64,000 bases of DNA, from positions 384,001 to 448,000 of the forward strand of contig CAWDXE010000007.1 of NCBI GenBank assembly GCA_963806185.1. The letters are read 5' to 3'. Shown in pieces: positions 8,635-17,666 of the stretch. The notes beneath the pieces were generated by a model. The model did not search any database. It was not told the origin of the DNA and saw only the letters and a list, made by a program, of their open reading frames with translations. How positions within the stretch are numbered: the stretch's first letter is position 1; each line of letters opens with the position of its first letter. The translations under genes were made by a program, and so were the position numbers. This stretch comes from an uncultured candidate division Zixibacteria bacterium (GTDB lineage Bacteria > Zixibacteria > MSB-5A5 > GN15 > FEB-12).

Positions 8635-9855
8635 GTGGAATCGGTCAAACTGCTGGTGGTCTTCATCCTGATCGTCGTTGCGTTGCGGCGCAAATTGTCG
8701 GTTGGGCCCACGCTGTTTCTGGCCGGTCTTTTCGCCGCCCTGCTCTATCAGGTCTCAGTGGCTAGTCTGCTCGAGGGGTACTGGAATCTGATCAAGTCGG
8801 CCCGCTTTCTGTCTATCACCGGTGTCATCCTGCTGGTCACAACGCTTGGTACCCTGCTCAAGGAACTCGGCTACCTTCAGCGTCTGGCCGACGCCTGCAC
8901 AGGGCTGATCGGCGGCAAGCGGACGGCCGCCGTAATCATGCCGCCGCTGGTGGGGCTGATGCCGATGCCGGGCGGGGCGCTTCTATCGGCGCCGCTGGTG
9001 GAGAGTGTGCTCGACGATCCGAAGTATTCCGCCGAATTCAAGACCGCAACGAACTACTGGTTTCGCCACATTGTCGAGTTCTCCTGGCCGGTGTATCCGG
9101 GGCTCATTCTCACCGAGGCCGTGACCGGCCTGCCGATCGGCAGTGTCGCATTACTTCAATTTCCGCTTACGGTCGGCATGCTCATTATCGGGCTTTTCTT
9201 CTTCGCCCGGCAGATTGACGGTAACGACTCGGCTCGCCACTCGCTCTGGACCACCGCGAAGGGGATTGCCTACACCATCTGGCCGATTGCGCTGGCCATC
9301 GCCATTTACGGTGTCTTTCGCATTGATCTGTCGCTGGCGGTGCTGATTGCGGTGATCGTGTTGATCGCCTTCGTTCGTCCACGGAAAGAGATCCTGACGC
9401 TTGCGGTCAAACATGGCCTGTCGTTCAAGCTGATCTTCCTGACCTTTGGTATCCTGTCGTTCCAGACAGTGCTTGAATTGTCGGGGGCGATCAATTCGAT
9501 TCCACGGCTCTCGACCCAGATCGGCCTTCCGCCGGAGCTGATCATCTTCCTGGTCTGTTTTTCGACGGGGCTCCTGACAGGAATGGTGGCCGCGTTTGTC
9601 GGCCTGGGGTATACCCTTCTGGCCGGTTTCCTGTACCAGCCTCTGATATCGCCCGGGAACATCCTGATTGCCTACTTGTCGGGTTACCTCGGAATGATGC
9701 TTTCGCCAACCCATCTCTGTCTGATTCTGACCACCGAGTACTTTGAGGCGAATCTGGGTTTGGTGTATAGGCGACTGGCCATACCGCTCGCCTTGTTTGT
9801 GGTATTCGGGGGGCTGCTGGTCGCTTCACCGTGGCCGAGATTATTTATTAGGTAA
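8635..9855 (+). CDS. DUF401 family membrane protein (ion-transporter-superfamily-like)
   Basis: GLMPMPGGALLSAP, NYWFRH..E..WPVYPG and MLSPTHLCL motifs, polytopic. Confidence 0.85.
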   Translation: MESVKLLVVFILIVVALRRKLSVGPTLFLAGLFAALLYQVSVASLLEGYWNLIKSARFLSITGVILLVTTLGTLLKELGYLQRLADACTGLIGGKRTAAVIMPPLVGLMPMPGGALLSAPLVESVLDDPKYSAEFKTATNYWFRHIVEFSWPVYPGLILTEAVTGLPIGSVALLQFPLTVGMLIIGLFFFARQIDGNDSARHSLWTTAKGIAYTIWPIALAIAIYGVFRIDLSLAVLIAVIVLIAFVRPRKEILTLAVKHGLSFKLIFLTFGILSFQTVLELSGAINSIPRLSTQIGLPPELIIFLVCFSTGLLTGMVAAFVGLGYTLLAGFLYQPLISPGNILIAYLSGYLGMMLSPTHLCLILTTEYFEANLGLVYRRLAIPLALFVVFGGLLVASPWPRLFIR

Positions 9856-10012
9856 CAAATTGTGATACAGTAGATTACTGGAGATTGCTCATAATTCACT
9901 TTAATTTCGGGAATTATGTGGCGCGTTTTGGGTAGATGAAACAAGAGGGTAGAACTATCCGTAAGCGGTGGTTGTTTAGTACTTGAAAGCTTGACCAGAG
10001 CCTTCGAAGGCT

Positions 10013-10042
10013 GGAACTTTGCAGCGAAGTCTGGAGTACAAA
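10013..10042 (+). promoter_or_regulatory. ECF sigmaE-like autoregulatory promoter
   Basis: GGAACTT-N16-GTACAAA directly upstream of the sigma gene, close to the known sigmaE consensus GGAACTT-N16-GTCAAA. Confidence 0.55.
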
Positions 10043-10045
10043 GCC

Positions 10046-10681
10046 ATGAACGAGAACGGTCGTAAGACGAAGAGTGGTATGTCGAAAGAGACAGAGAAAG
10101 ACATCGATTTCGAGCTTATGCGGGGTATTCAGAACGGCGACATGGTCGCGTTCAATACCTTGGTGGGCCGGTATAAAGATCGCTTGATGAACGTGATCGG
10201 ACGCATGCTGTCGTCGACCGAAGAAGCCGAGGACATCGTGCAGGAGACATTCGTGCGCGTCTACCAGCATCGTCAGTCGTTTAACTTCCAGCACTGTTTT
10301 TCGACCTGGATTTACACGATCTGTCTGAACCTGGCGCGGAACGAATTGCGGAAGCGGAAGAAGTTCAAATTTTACGATATATCCGAGATGCAGGGGAATG
10401 AGGCCGAGTTTGCGGTCGAGCCGAAAGTGCCGACCCGTCTGCCGGAGGCCATCAACGCCGCCATCAAGGATTTGCCGGAGAAGTATCGCGTCGCTTTCAT
10501 CCTGCGCGACGTACAAGAGATGCCGTATGAAGAAGTAGCCCAGGTTCTCGGAGTACCCCTGGGGACAGTGAAGTCGCGCGTCAATCGGGCGCGCCTCATT
10601 CTTCGCGGAAAGTTGGAGCCAAGAATGGAGGAATACCATGCGTTGTCAAAAAATACGCTCCTTGCTGTCAGCGTATTGTAA
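10046..10681 (+). CDS. ECF RNA polymerase sigma factor (RpoE/SigW-like)
   Basis: AEDIVQETF, FSTWIYTI and YEEVAQVLGVPLGTVKSRVNRAR. Start may be 10046 or 10079. Confidence 0.95.
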   Translation: MNENGRKTKSGMSKETEKDIDFELMRGIQNGDMVAFNTLVGRYKDRLMNVIGRMLSSTEEAEDIVQETFVRVYQHRQSFNFQHCFSTWIYTICLNLARNELRKRKKFKFYDISEMQGNEAEFAVEPKVPTRLPEAINAAIKDLPEKYRVAFILRDVQEMPYEEVAQVLGVPLGTVKSRVNRARLILRGKLEPRMEEYHALSKNTLLAVSVL

Positions 10682-11327
10682 TGACGAGCTGGTTGGTCAC
10701 AAACAGTTAAAGATTCGTGAACATCTGTCGGTTTGTCCGGCCTGTCGCAAAGAGGAAAGCGTGTATCGCTCCCTGGCGCAGGCGAGTAAAGTGACTCCTC
10801 AGTTAAGCACGACATCTGACTTTAACGCCCGCCTGCTCGAGCGAATCGCTCAGGAACGCTTTGCGGAGACCCGCACGAAAGCGTACATGCCCAAGGCCGC
10901 TCCGCTGGTACAGTGGCGGCACGTGGTGCCGGCGCTCTCGATGGTGGCGGCGGTGTTGCTGGTGGCGTTTGTCTGGTTGCCCTCGGGTCAGTTGACGCCC
11001 GGCTCGGCGAATATGCAATACAGTCAGAATGACGATTACATCACCGCCCAGCCGGTGAACAATCCGAATATGACCGCCAATCTGCGGCACAACTGGTCGT
11101 TGGACGGCCAGATGGCGCAGACGGAACGATTCAGTCGCTTGTCCAATTCACTTACCAATATGAATGGCTTCGGTAACTTGTACCTGACGACCGCGCTGAG
11201 CCGTCAATCGCGCGAGATGTGTCCGCGGTTGCCGCATGGAATCGTCTTTTACCGGATCAAGCCGGTTATCCGGTCGTACAATCAGCCCGGTGAAACCAAC
11301 GTCAAGGAGGATCAGCGAGTTTACTAA
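10638..11327 (+). CDS. Zinc-finger (zf-HC2/ZAS) membrane anti-sigma factor
   Basis: MRC...HLSVCPAC (HxxxCxxC) with a single TM helix, overlapping the sigma gene. Confidence 0.9.
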   Translation: MRCQKIRSLLSAYCNDELVGHKQLKIREHLSVCPACRKEESVYRSLAQASKVTPQLSTTSDFNARLLERIAQERFAETRTKAYMPKAAPLVQWRHVVPALSMVAAVLLVAFVWLPSGQLTPGSANMQYSQNDDYITAQPVNNPNMTANLRHNWSLDGQMAQTERFSRLSNSLTNMNGFGNLYLTTALSRQSREMCPRLPHGIVFYRIKPVIRSYNQPGETNVKEDQRVY

Positions 11328-12505
11328 TGTTAACGTCTTCTTCGAAGACCGCCAAAGTGATCGTATTTACGCTCGGCTTGGCGGTTTTCTTTTCCGCTCC
11401 GCTCACCGCATCTGATGATCCGCTCAACTCCCTGGAAGCGAGCTTGGGGGATCTCGTCTATACGGTGTCGCGCTCTGTGGTAACCATCGAGTCGTCGCGC
11501 TCGGTGCCGTCGAGTGCCTTTGGCATGCCGGCCGGGGGCGCACTGGAAAGTCACGTGGCATCGGGCCTGGTCATTGACGACGGTCTGGTGGTAGCCGCCG
11601 CTTCGTCGATCTACGGCCACGATCGCTATTCCGTTTCCTTTGACAATAAGACGGTCGCCGCATCACTGGTCGGTATCGACTATGTCAACGAGGTGGCCCT
11701 CCTCAAGCCGGCGATTGCAGTCGGGGTGTCGGCCAGGTTCTCCGATCGTCGCGCCTGCGCCGGGCAAATGGTCGTCTCGCTGGGAAATTCCTTCGGTCTC
11801 AGGGCGTCGCCGTCGCTCGGCTTTTGCGCCGGAATCCGCGATGACGGGAACACGCAGTTCAGTATCCCGACCGGTTCCTGCGGCTATGGCGGGGGAATCT
11901 TCTCCCTGGGCGGAGAGCTGCTTGGCATGATCATCGACAACGTCGGCCAGACCGATCGCGTCTCCGTCGCCGTGCCGGCTTACCGGCTGGCTGAAATCGT
12001 CGACTACCTAAAGACCCACGGCGATCGCCGGGCTGGATTCATCGGCGTGGCGACCAGTGAAATTGAAGTCTCTCCGGCGATGGAGTTCAATTCGTCAAAC
12101 ATTTTGACAACGGCGGGACAGCGGCCCGGCGCGATGGTCGTCGACCGGGGGCTTATGATCACCCAGACTCTGCCGGGGTCGCCGGCCGAACGGAGCGGTC
12201 TGGTACCGGGTGATGTCATTTTGGCGATCGGCAATCAGAAAGTGACGACCTCCGTCGATCTGGCCGCCATCATTGGTCGGTCGACACCGGGCGATCGGGT
12301 GTCCTTTGATCTCGTCCGACACAACAGCCACCTCGTGATACCGGTGCAGATCGGGGCGAGAATATCGAGTCAGCCGTGGACCGATCCACAGGCCGGAAAC
12401 CGGGGGACTGTCTCCAATCGGGTGGCCGATTCGTTGTTTCAGGCGCTCGGACGGCTGAAAGACGAAGTTTCTCGTCTCGAATCAAGACTCAATTCCCTCC
12501 ACTAA
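11327..12505 (+). CDS. HtrA/DegP-like trypsin-fold plus PDZ protein, catalytic triad apparently lost
   Basis: Signal peptide, SVVTI, ASGLVI and VVSLGNSFGL motifs, PDZ PGSPAERSGLVPGDVI. Triad positions read AASS, NEVALL and GYGGG. Confidence 0.85.
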   Translation: MLTSSSKTAKVIVFTLGLAVFFSAPLTASDDPLNSLEASLGDLVYTVSRSVVTIESSRSVPSSAFGMPAGGALESHVASGLVIDDGLVVAAASSIYGHDRYSVSFDNKTVAASLVGIDYVNEVALLKPAIAVGVSARFSDRRACAGQMVVSLGNSFGLRASPSLGFCAGIRDDGNTQFSIPTGSCGYGGGIFSLGGELLGMIIDNVGQTDRVSVAVPAYRLAEIVDYLKTHGDRRAGFIGVATSEIEVSPAMEFNSSNILTTAGQRPGAMVVDRGLMITQTLPGSPAERSGLVPGDVILAIGNQKVTTSVDLAAIIGRSTPGDRVSFDLVRHNSHLVIPVQIGARISSQPWTDPQAGNRGTVSNRVADSLFQALGRLKDEVSRLESRLNSLH

Positions 12506-12578
12506 AATTGAAATTGCTCCCGCTATTGCATCGGCGTAGATTCGAACGATGAGTTCCGGCGTTGACGTCTCGCAGTTC
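12504..12578 (+). repeat. Diverged direct repeat copy A (promoter plus first 10 codons of the CMD gene)
   Basis: 65/75 identical to 13405-13479 by manual alignment. Confidence 0.9.
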
Positions 12579-12658
12579 AGCGCTGCCCTCAAAGCCGGGC
12601 TCTCTCTGGTTGGGCCGTGACCTAACTCACTTAGAACTATTGGTGAAAGTTGAGTTCA

Positions 12659-13168
12659 ATGGTGAGATTTTGGAATTTAGTGCACTACTTCGTTTACCGA
12701 GGTGTCTATAGGTTTCACTTATTGTCCAGAATGATCAATCCGATTAGACTCCTCCATCAATTACCTATCCAAAAGCGGCTCTATGCAAAAAAAGGAATTG
12801 ATGTCAACTATGAGATAGACCAGGTTTGGAAGAGGCCTGAATCGGGATTAGCCACTATTTTTGCCGGTGGCGCTATGCATGGGCTTTTGATACTGATATG
12901 TCTCGGTTCTGGTTGTCTGTATCTCGCTGTCCGTAGGGAAACACCCGGCACTGACATATACCCGTTTCTCATTACGGGTGCTATCACCTTTGGTGTGAAC
13001 CATCTTGTGTTATTCAGGCAGGACAAGTATCTCGATTATTTCAGGAAGTTTGAGAAGATGGAAGGGACCGAACGGAGGAAATGGGCTTGGTTAACATTGG
13101 CGGTTATAATTGGCATCGTGTCTTTCGGTCTCGGTAGTTTGGTTCTGATGGTTTACCGCCTGCACTGA
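12659..13168 (+). CDS. AT-rich hypothetical membrane protein (inserted)
   Basis: ORF 12650-13168 with about three hydrophobic segments. Visibly more AT-rich than the flanking genes and lies between the direct repeats. Confidence 0.7.
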   Translation: MVRFWNLVHYFVYRGVYRFHLLSRMINPIRLLHQLPIQKRLYAKKGIDVNYEIDQVWKRPESGLATIFAGGAMHGLLILICLGSGCLYLAVRRETPGTDIYPFLITGAITFGVNHLVLFRQDKYLDYFRKFEKMEGTERRKWAWLTLAVIIGIVSFGLGSLVLMVYRLH

Positions 13169-13404
13169 CCTTGCCGTGAATCGGTGCCAATGTCTAAGGT
13201 TGGATCTTGCGGCCGTCATTTGAGCAGGTGGGCCCCCAATTGAACCAAATTCTGCCGCTCGAATTTGTTCCGAGCTCTTCCTGGGGTGTCTTCTCGCTGT
13301 GCGCCCCAAGTGGGCGACCTGCCACTGGTGACTTTCCGAGAACAGCATTCCAACAGTATCTCTACTACCGAGTCTTCTACTTGACGGGGGCTTGCGTTTA
13401 CACC

Positions 13405-13479
13405 AAAATTGAAATTGCTACCACTCTGTTGTCGGCGTAGATTCGAACGATGAGTTCCGGATTTGACGTCTTGCAGTTC
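13405..13479 (+). repeat. Direct repeat copy B (native promoter and start of the CMD gene)
   Basis: Contains TTGCTA-N17-TAGATT-N6-ATG and matches 12504-12578. Confidence 0.9.
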
Positions 13480-14124
13480 GGTGAGGCAATCACCCGCTAT
13501 CAGGCAGATCGCCAACCGGTGTGTGCCTTTCGGCGGCTGGCCTGGTATGCAGCGGCGGTGGCATCCGCCGATGATACGCTTATGGGTCAGACCATCCGGG
13601 TGGCCCGTGAGGCCGGGGTGGAGCGGGCGGCACTGTACGAAATCGTGCTACAGTCCTATCTGTTTGTCGGCTTTCCGCGCATGTTGATTGCCGCCGAGCA
13701 TCTGGATTCCGTTTGGCCATCCGATGCCGTCATGCCGGGCGGAGATTATGATCCGCACGATTCGCTGGCGAAGCGTCGGGTGCGGGGTGAGGAAATGTGC
13801 CGGCGGGTCTACGCCGGTTCTTACCAGTTGTTGAGAGCGAGGGTGCAGTCGTTTGCTCCGCAGATCTGGGCGTGGATGATCGAGGAAGGGTACGGCAAAG
13901 TGCTGTCCCGGCCGCAGCTTGACGCGGCCACGCGCGAGCTTTGTACGGTGGCGGTCCTGATGGTTGATCTCATGCCGAGGCAACTGCATTCGCACATGCG
14001 GGGAGCATTGAATGTCGGGGCGACGGAAGAAAACCTGCGCACGGTGGTAGAAGACTTAAAGCCGGCGACAGCCGACGGGTATCGCACGGCCATGGACATA
14101 TTGGCCCGATTGGGGCGCACCTGA
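13450..14124 (+). CDS. Carboxymuconolactone decarboxylase (CMD/AhpD-like) family protein
   Basis: LYEIVLQSYLFVGFPR and EGYGKVLSRPQLDAATRELCTVAVL...QLHSHMRGALNVGAT motifs. Confidence 0.88.
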   Translation: MSSGFDVLQFGEAITRYQADRQPVCAFRRLAWYAAAVASADDTLMGQTIRVAREAGVERAALYEIVLQSYLFVGFPRMLIAAEHLDSVWPSDAVMPGGDYDPHDSLAKRRVRGEEMCRRVYAGSYQLLRARVQSFAPQIWAWMIEEGYGKVLSRPQLDAATRELCTVAVLMVDLMPRQLHSHMRGALNVGATEENLRTVVEDLKPATADGYRTAMDILARLGRT

Positions 14125-17100
14125 TGCGCGTCTGGAAAATCATTCTGCTGAGTTTTCTGGGGTTGACGCTGGTCATCTCGGCGGTGGCCTATGTCTACCT
14201 GTTCAAGCAGAATGGTCTTGAGCGGATAGTCGCCGGACAGGTCAACAAACTGCTCGGTGCGACCGGACCGGTCAAAGTGGAGATCGGGCATATCGAGGGG
14301 GACGTCTTCCACGGCATCTCACTTCATGACGTTACGTTGAGCTGGGCAGATTCCGCCAATGCGTTTCCGATTGCCCGGGTGCGCCATCTGGGAGTGGGGT
14401 ATTCGTTCGCCAATATCTGGAACGAGAAATGGGTGCTGGCGCATCTGGCTGTCGATAGCGCTGTCATCCTGCTAAGAGTGGACAGCGCCGGGAATGTCTA
14501 TCCGCACCTGGCAAAGAAGGCGCCCGACGGTGGTCCGGGTCAGCCGAGAGAACTCCCCTACATGGCGATTAATTCGCTTCTACTGAGCAATCTCACGCTG
14601 GTGGTCGAGCGGCCGCACGACACACTGGTGATTGACAGCCTGTCGGCGGTGGCCTCGGTGCAGATAGAGGGTAACACGTATTCGATCAACTTACAGCAAT
14701 TGTCGCTGGTATCGCCCCTGTTGCCCCAGCGATTGACCAATCTGTCGGCGCAAATCACCTACGCGGGCAAACAAATCACCGTCAAGAATCTGGCCCTGCA
14801 GTCGGGTGCGACGGCCATCAAGGCTGACGGCATCTTCAATCTTGGCGCACGAAGCGGTCATGTGGAAACATCCTTGCGCGGAATCGACCTCTCCCAGCTC
14901 AAGCAGTATGGCGGTCCTTCGTTATCCGGAACGGTAAATTTGACTGGCTCTCTCGACCTCGATTCGACGGGTCTGGGCGGCGAAGCCACGCTGGCGGGGA
15001 GCCTGCAGATTGCGTCGTTTGACAATCTGTATACGAAATTTCGCCTCGGCTTTGCCAGCCGGCGGCTGGAGATGGACACGTTGTACGGGTCGGTGCTGGG
15101 CGGGTGCCTGGTTGACGGCCGCGGGCAAATTGATTTCAGCGGGCCGATGGAGAAATACGGACTGCAGGCGAAGATCAGCAATTTCAATCTCGAGCATCTG
15201 GTGCACAATAGTTTCATGTCGAATCTGAATGGAAACTTCACGCTGGCCGGCGAATCATTCCGCACGAAGACGCTGAAGTTAAATCTCTCGACCGAATTGT
15301 ACGAATCATCCTTCGATCAATATCCCATCCAAGCGGCGGCGGGCGACCTGCTCATTACCGCCGATTCGATCAGTTTCCTTGATGCCTTCGAAGTCAGCTA
15401 TTACGAGAATCACTTTACGGCGACGGGCCGGATCGATTACCGGAATGGCATCGCGCTGGCAGTCGACGCCGACCTGCCGCGATTGTCGTATTACCAGGAT
15501 ATGTATTTCATCAAGCGACCGGCGGGACGACTGCGGGCCAACGTGCACTTCGTCGGAGAGACGAAAGATCCCGATCTGGTCGCCACAGCGTCGTCGGACT
15601 CACTCTGGATCAACGACATCTTCACGACGAACGCAGACGCGAGCTTGTCGATCGAACATTTCTTCAAGAATCGGAATGGGACAGTGAACGTTCGTTTCCT
15701 GAACGGCGCGGCGTGGGGGATACCGTACGATACGATGTCGTCGAGCTTTGCCGTCGACACCGGTAACGTGCAACTCGATACCGTGTTCGTGCACGGCGCG
15801 TACGGGGCGGTGTCGGCCAACGGCGACGTCGCGATTGGCGGCGACACCATTCAGGCGCGGCTCGATTCTGTCTGGGTGACGTTGTTCGACCGCAAGTTTG
15901 TCAATATGGCGCCGGTGACATTTGGACTGGATGACTCATCGCTCATCCTTCAGAATGTGGAGATCGGCGCGCAGGGATCAAAATACTCAACGCGCGGTAA
16001 GGCTGGGTACGACGGTTCGCTCGGGCTGACACTCGAAGCCCGGCACATCCTGATGTCACCCTGGCTGCACATGGCCAAGGAGGCGGTCGACTACGACGGC
16101 GACCTGTCGTGCCGCATCGGCGTTGCGGGGACGATGTCGGCGCCGAAGATCAGTGTCCAGGCGGAGGTGGACTCGCTTACCTTCAAGGAACTGGAACTGG
16201 GCAATTTGACGATTCTGGCTCATTATCAGGACCGGATGATGCGGATCGACAGCATGGTCGTGCTTTCCGATCCGGGGATTTATCGGGTAGACGGCACGTT
16301 CCATACCGATCTGTCGTTTGGCAACGGCGTCGTGGAACGACTGCCGAACGAGCCGATGGATTTGCACCTCGTCGCGACCGACAGCCGGTTTGACCTGGTG
16401 AGTCTCCTGCTGCCGTCGGTGGAGGATATGCAGGGGAAGCTCACCTCGGACGTCCGACTGTCCGGCACGCCGCGCGAGCCGCATCTCGAGGGACAGGCGC
16501 TGCTCAAGGAAGGCCGGCTCAAATACTTCGATATAGCCGACACCGTGTTTACCGACTCGGCGCTCGTCACCATGCACGACAATCAGATCGTTATCTCCAA
16601 GGTGGAGGTGTGGGTCAAAGACAAACATCGGCGCGAGGGTAAGAGCTACGCATATATCGAGGGTGCGCTGACGGTCAAGACGCTGGACAGTCTGTATTAC
16701 GATGTCGATGTGAGTCTGCCGAAGGAATTTCCGTTCAATTACGAACTGGAGGACATAAGCGGCGCGGCCGAGGGTGATCTGCATATCGAGGGGATGACGC
16801 CGCCGACGGTGTCAGGGGATTTGCTGGTGACCTCGGCCCGGTACGAAGTGGAATTTGCCAAGGTGAACGAGGGGTCGCCGATCATGTCGCTGTTGTTCGC
16901 CGACAAGAGCTGGGATCTCAATCTGAATATCGATATTCTGTCCAACTACTGGATTAAGAACGAGGATATCGACGCCGAGTTTGCCGGATCGATCAATATG
17001 GTACGCGAGAACGGCACCTACCGATTTGCCGGCGAGATGGAAATTCTGCGCGGGAAGGGCTTTTTGTTCGACAAGACATTTCGTCTCGAGCCGGACAGCC

Positions 17101-17666
17101 GGGTAATCTTCGAAGATATCGAACAACTTAATCCACGGCTGGACATTATCGCGTACACGCGGGTGCCGGGGGCGCGCCGCACCGACAACACGCCGACCGA
17201 AGAACTCGAATTGGGCGTGCATGTCACGGGGACACTCGAACTGCCGGAGATCAATCCGGTTGAGGGGTCGTCGTTCAGCCAGGAGGACATCCTGCCGCTG
17301 ATCGTGGCGAATTACTACTCATCAGACACGGCGACCGCGCGAAGCGGCATCGAGCAACGGGTGACCGACCTGGTGTCATCGCAGGTATCGCAGATCGGTA
17401 CGCGGCAGTTGAACCGGATCGGCGTGGAGACGTTTGAAATCGACCCAACGTACGGCGGGGAATTTGATCCGAAGCGAACGCAGGTCACGCTGGGCTTTTA
17501 CACGGCGCCTCGGCTTTACGTGTTTGGTCGGTCGCCGGTGGATTTCCGAAGCGGCACGCAGGAAGTTGGATTTGAGTATCGGATCGACAAGGGGCTGCTG
17601 CTGGAAGGGCGGCGGGACGAACTGGAATTGTACCACGTCAACCTGCGGTGGCACCTGGAGTTCTGA
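14124..17666 (+). CDS. tamB: Translocation and assembly module TamB-like protein
   Basis: 1180 aa, N-terminal anchor, beta-taco repeats and C-terminal NPRLDI...VTGTLELPEI region. Coupled to an Omp85 gene. Confidence 0.82.
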   Translation: MRVWKIILLSFLGLTLVISAVAYVYLFKQNGLERIVAGQVNKLLGATGPVKVEIGHIEGDVFHGISLHDVTLSWADSANAFPIARVRHLGVGYSFANIWNEKWVLAHLAVDSAVILLRVDSAGNVYPHLAKKAPDGGPGQPRELPYMAINSLLLSNLTLVVERPHDTLVIDSLSAVASVQIEGNTYSINLQQLSLVSPLLPQRLTNLSAQITYAGKQITVKNLALQSGATAIKADGIFNLGARSGHVETSLRGIDLSQLKQYGGPSLSGTVNLTGSLDLDSTGLGGEATLAGSLQIASFDNLYTKFRLGFASRRLEMDTLYGSVLGGCLVDGRGQIDFSGPMEKYGLQAKISNFNLEHLVHNSFMSNLNGNFTLAGESFRTKTLKLNLSTELYESSFDQYPIQAAAGDLLITADSISFLDAFEVSYYENHFTATGRIDYRNGIALAVDADLPRLSYYQDMYFIKRPAGRLRANVHFVGETKDPDLVATASSDSLWINDIFTTNADASLSIEHFFKNRNGTVNVRFLNGAAWGIPYDTMSSSFAVDTGNVQLDTVFVHGAYGAVSANGDVAIGGDTIQARLDSVWVTLFDRKFVNMAPVTFGLDDSSLILQNVEIGAQGSKYSTRGKAGYDGSLGLTLEARHILMSPWLHMAKEAVDYDGDLSCRIGVAGTMSAPKISVQAEVDSLTFKELELGNLTILAHYQDRMMRIDSMVVLSDPGIYRVDGTFHTDLSFGNGVVERLPNEPMDLHLVATDSRFDLVSLLLPSVEDMQGKLTSDVRLSGTPREPHLEGQALLKEGRLKYFDIADTVFTDSALVTMHDNQIVISKVEVWVKDKHRREGKSYAYIEGALTVKTLDSLYYDVDVSLPKEFPFNYELEDISGAAEGDLHIEGMTPPTVSGDLLVTSARYEVEFAKVNEGSPIMSLLFADKSWDLNLNIDILSNYWIKNEDIDAEFAGSINMVRENGTYRFAGEMEILRGKGFLFDKTFRLEPDSRVIFEDIEQLNPRLDIIAYTRVPGARRTDNTPTEELELGVHVTGTLELPEINPVEGSSFSQEDILPLIVANYYSSDTATARSGIEQRVTDLVSSQVSQIGTRQLNRIGVETFEIDPTYGGEFDPKRTQVTLGFYTAPRLYVFGRSPVDFRSGTQEVGFEYRIDKGLLLEGRRDELELYHVNLRWHLEF

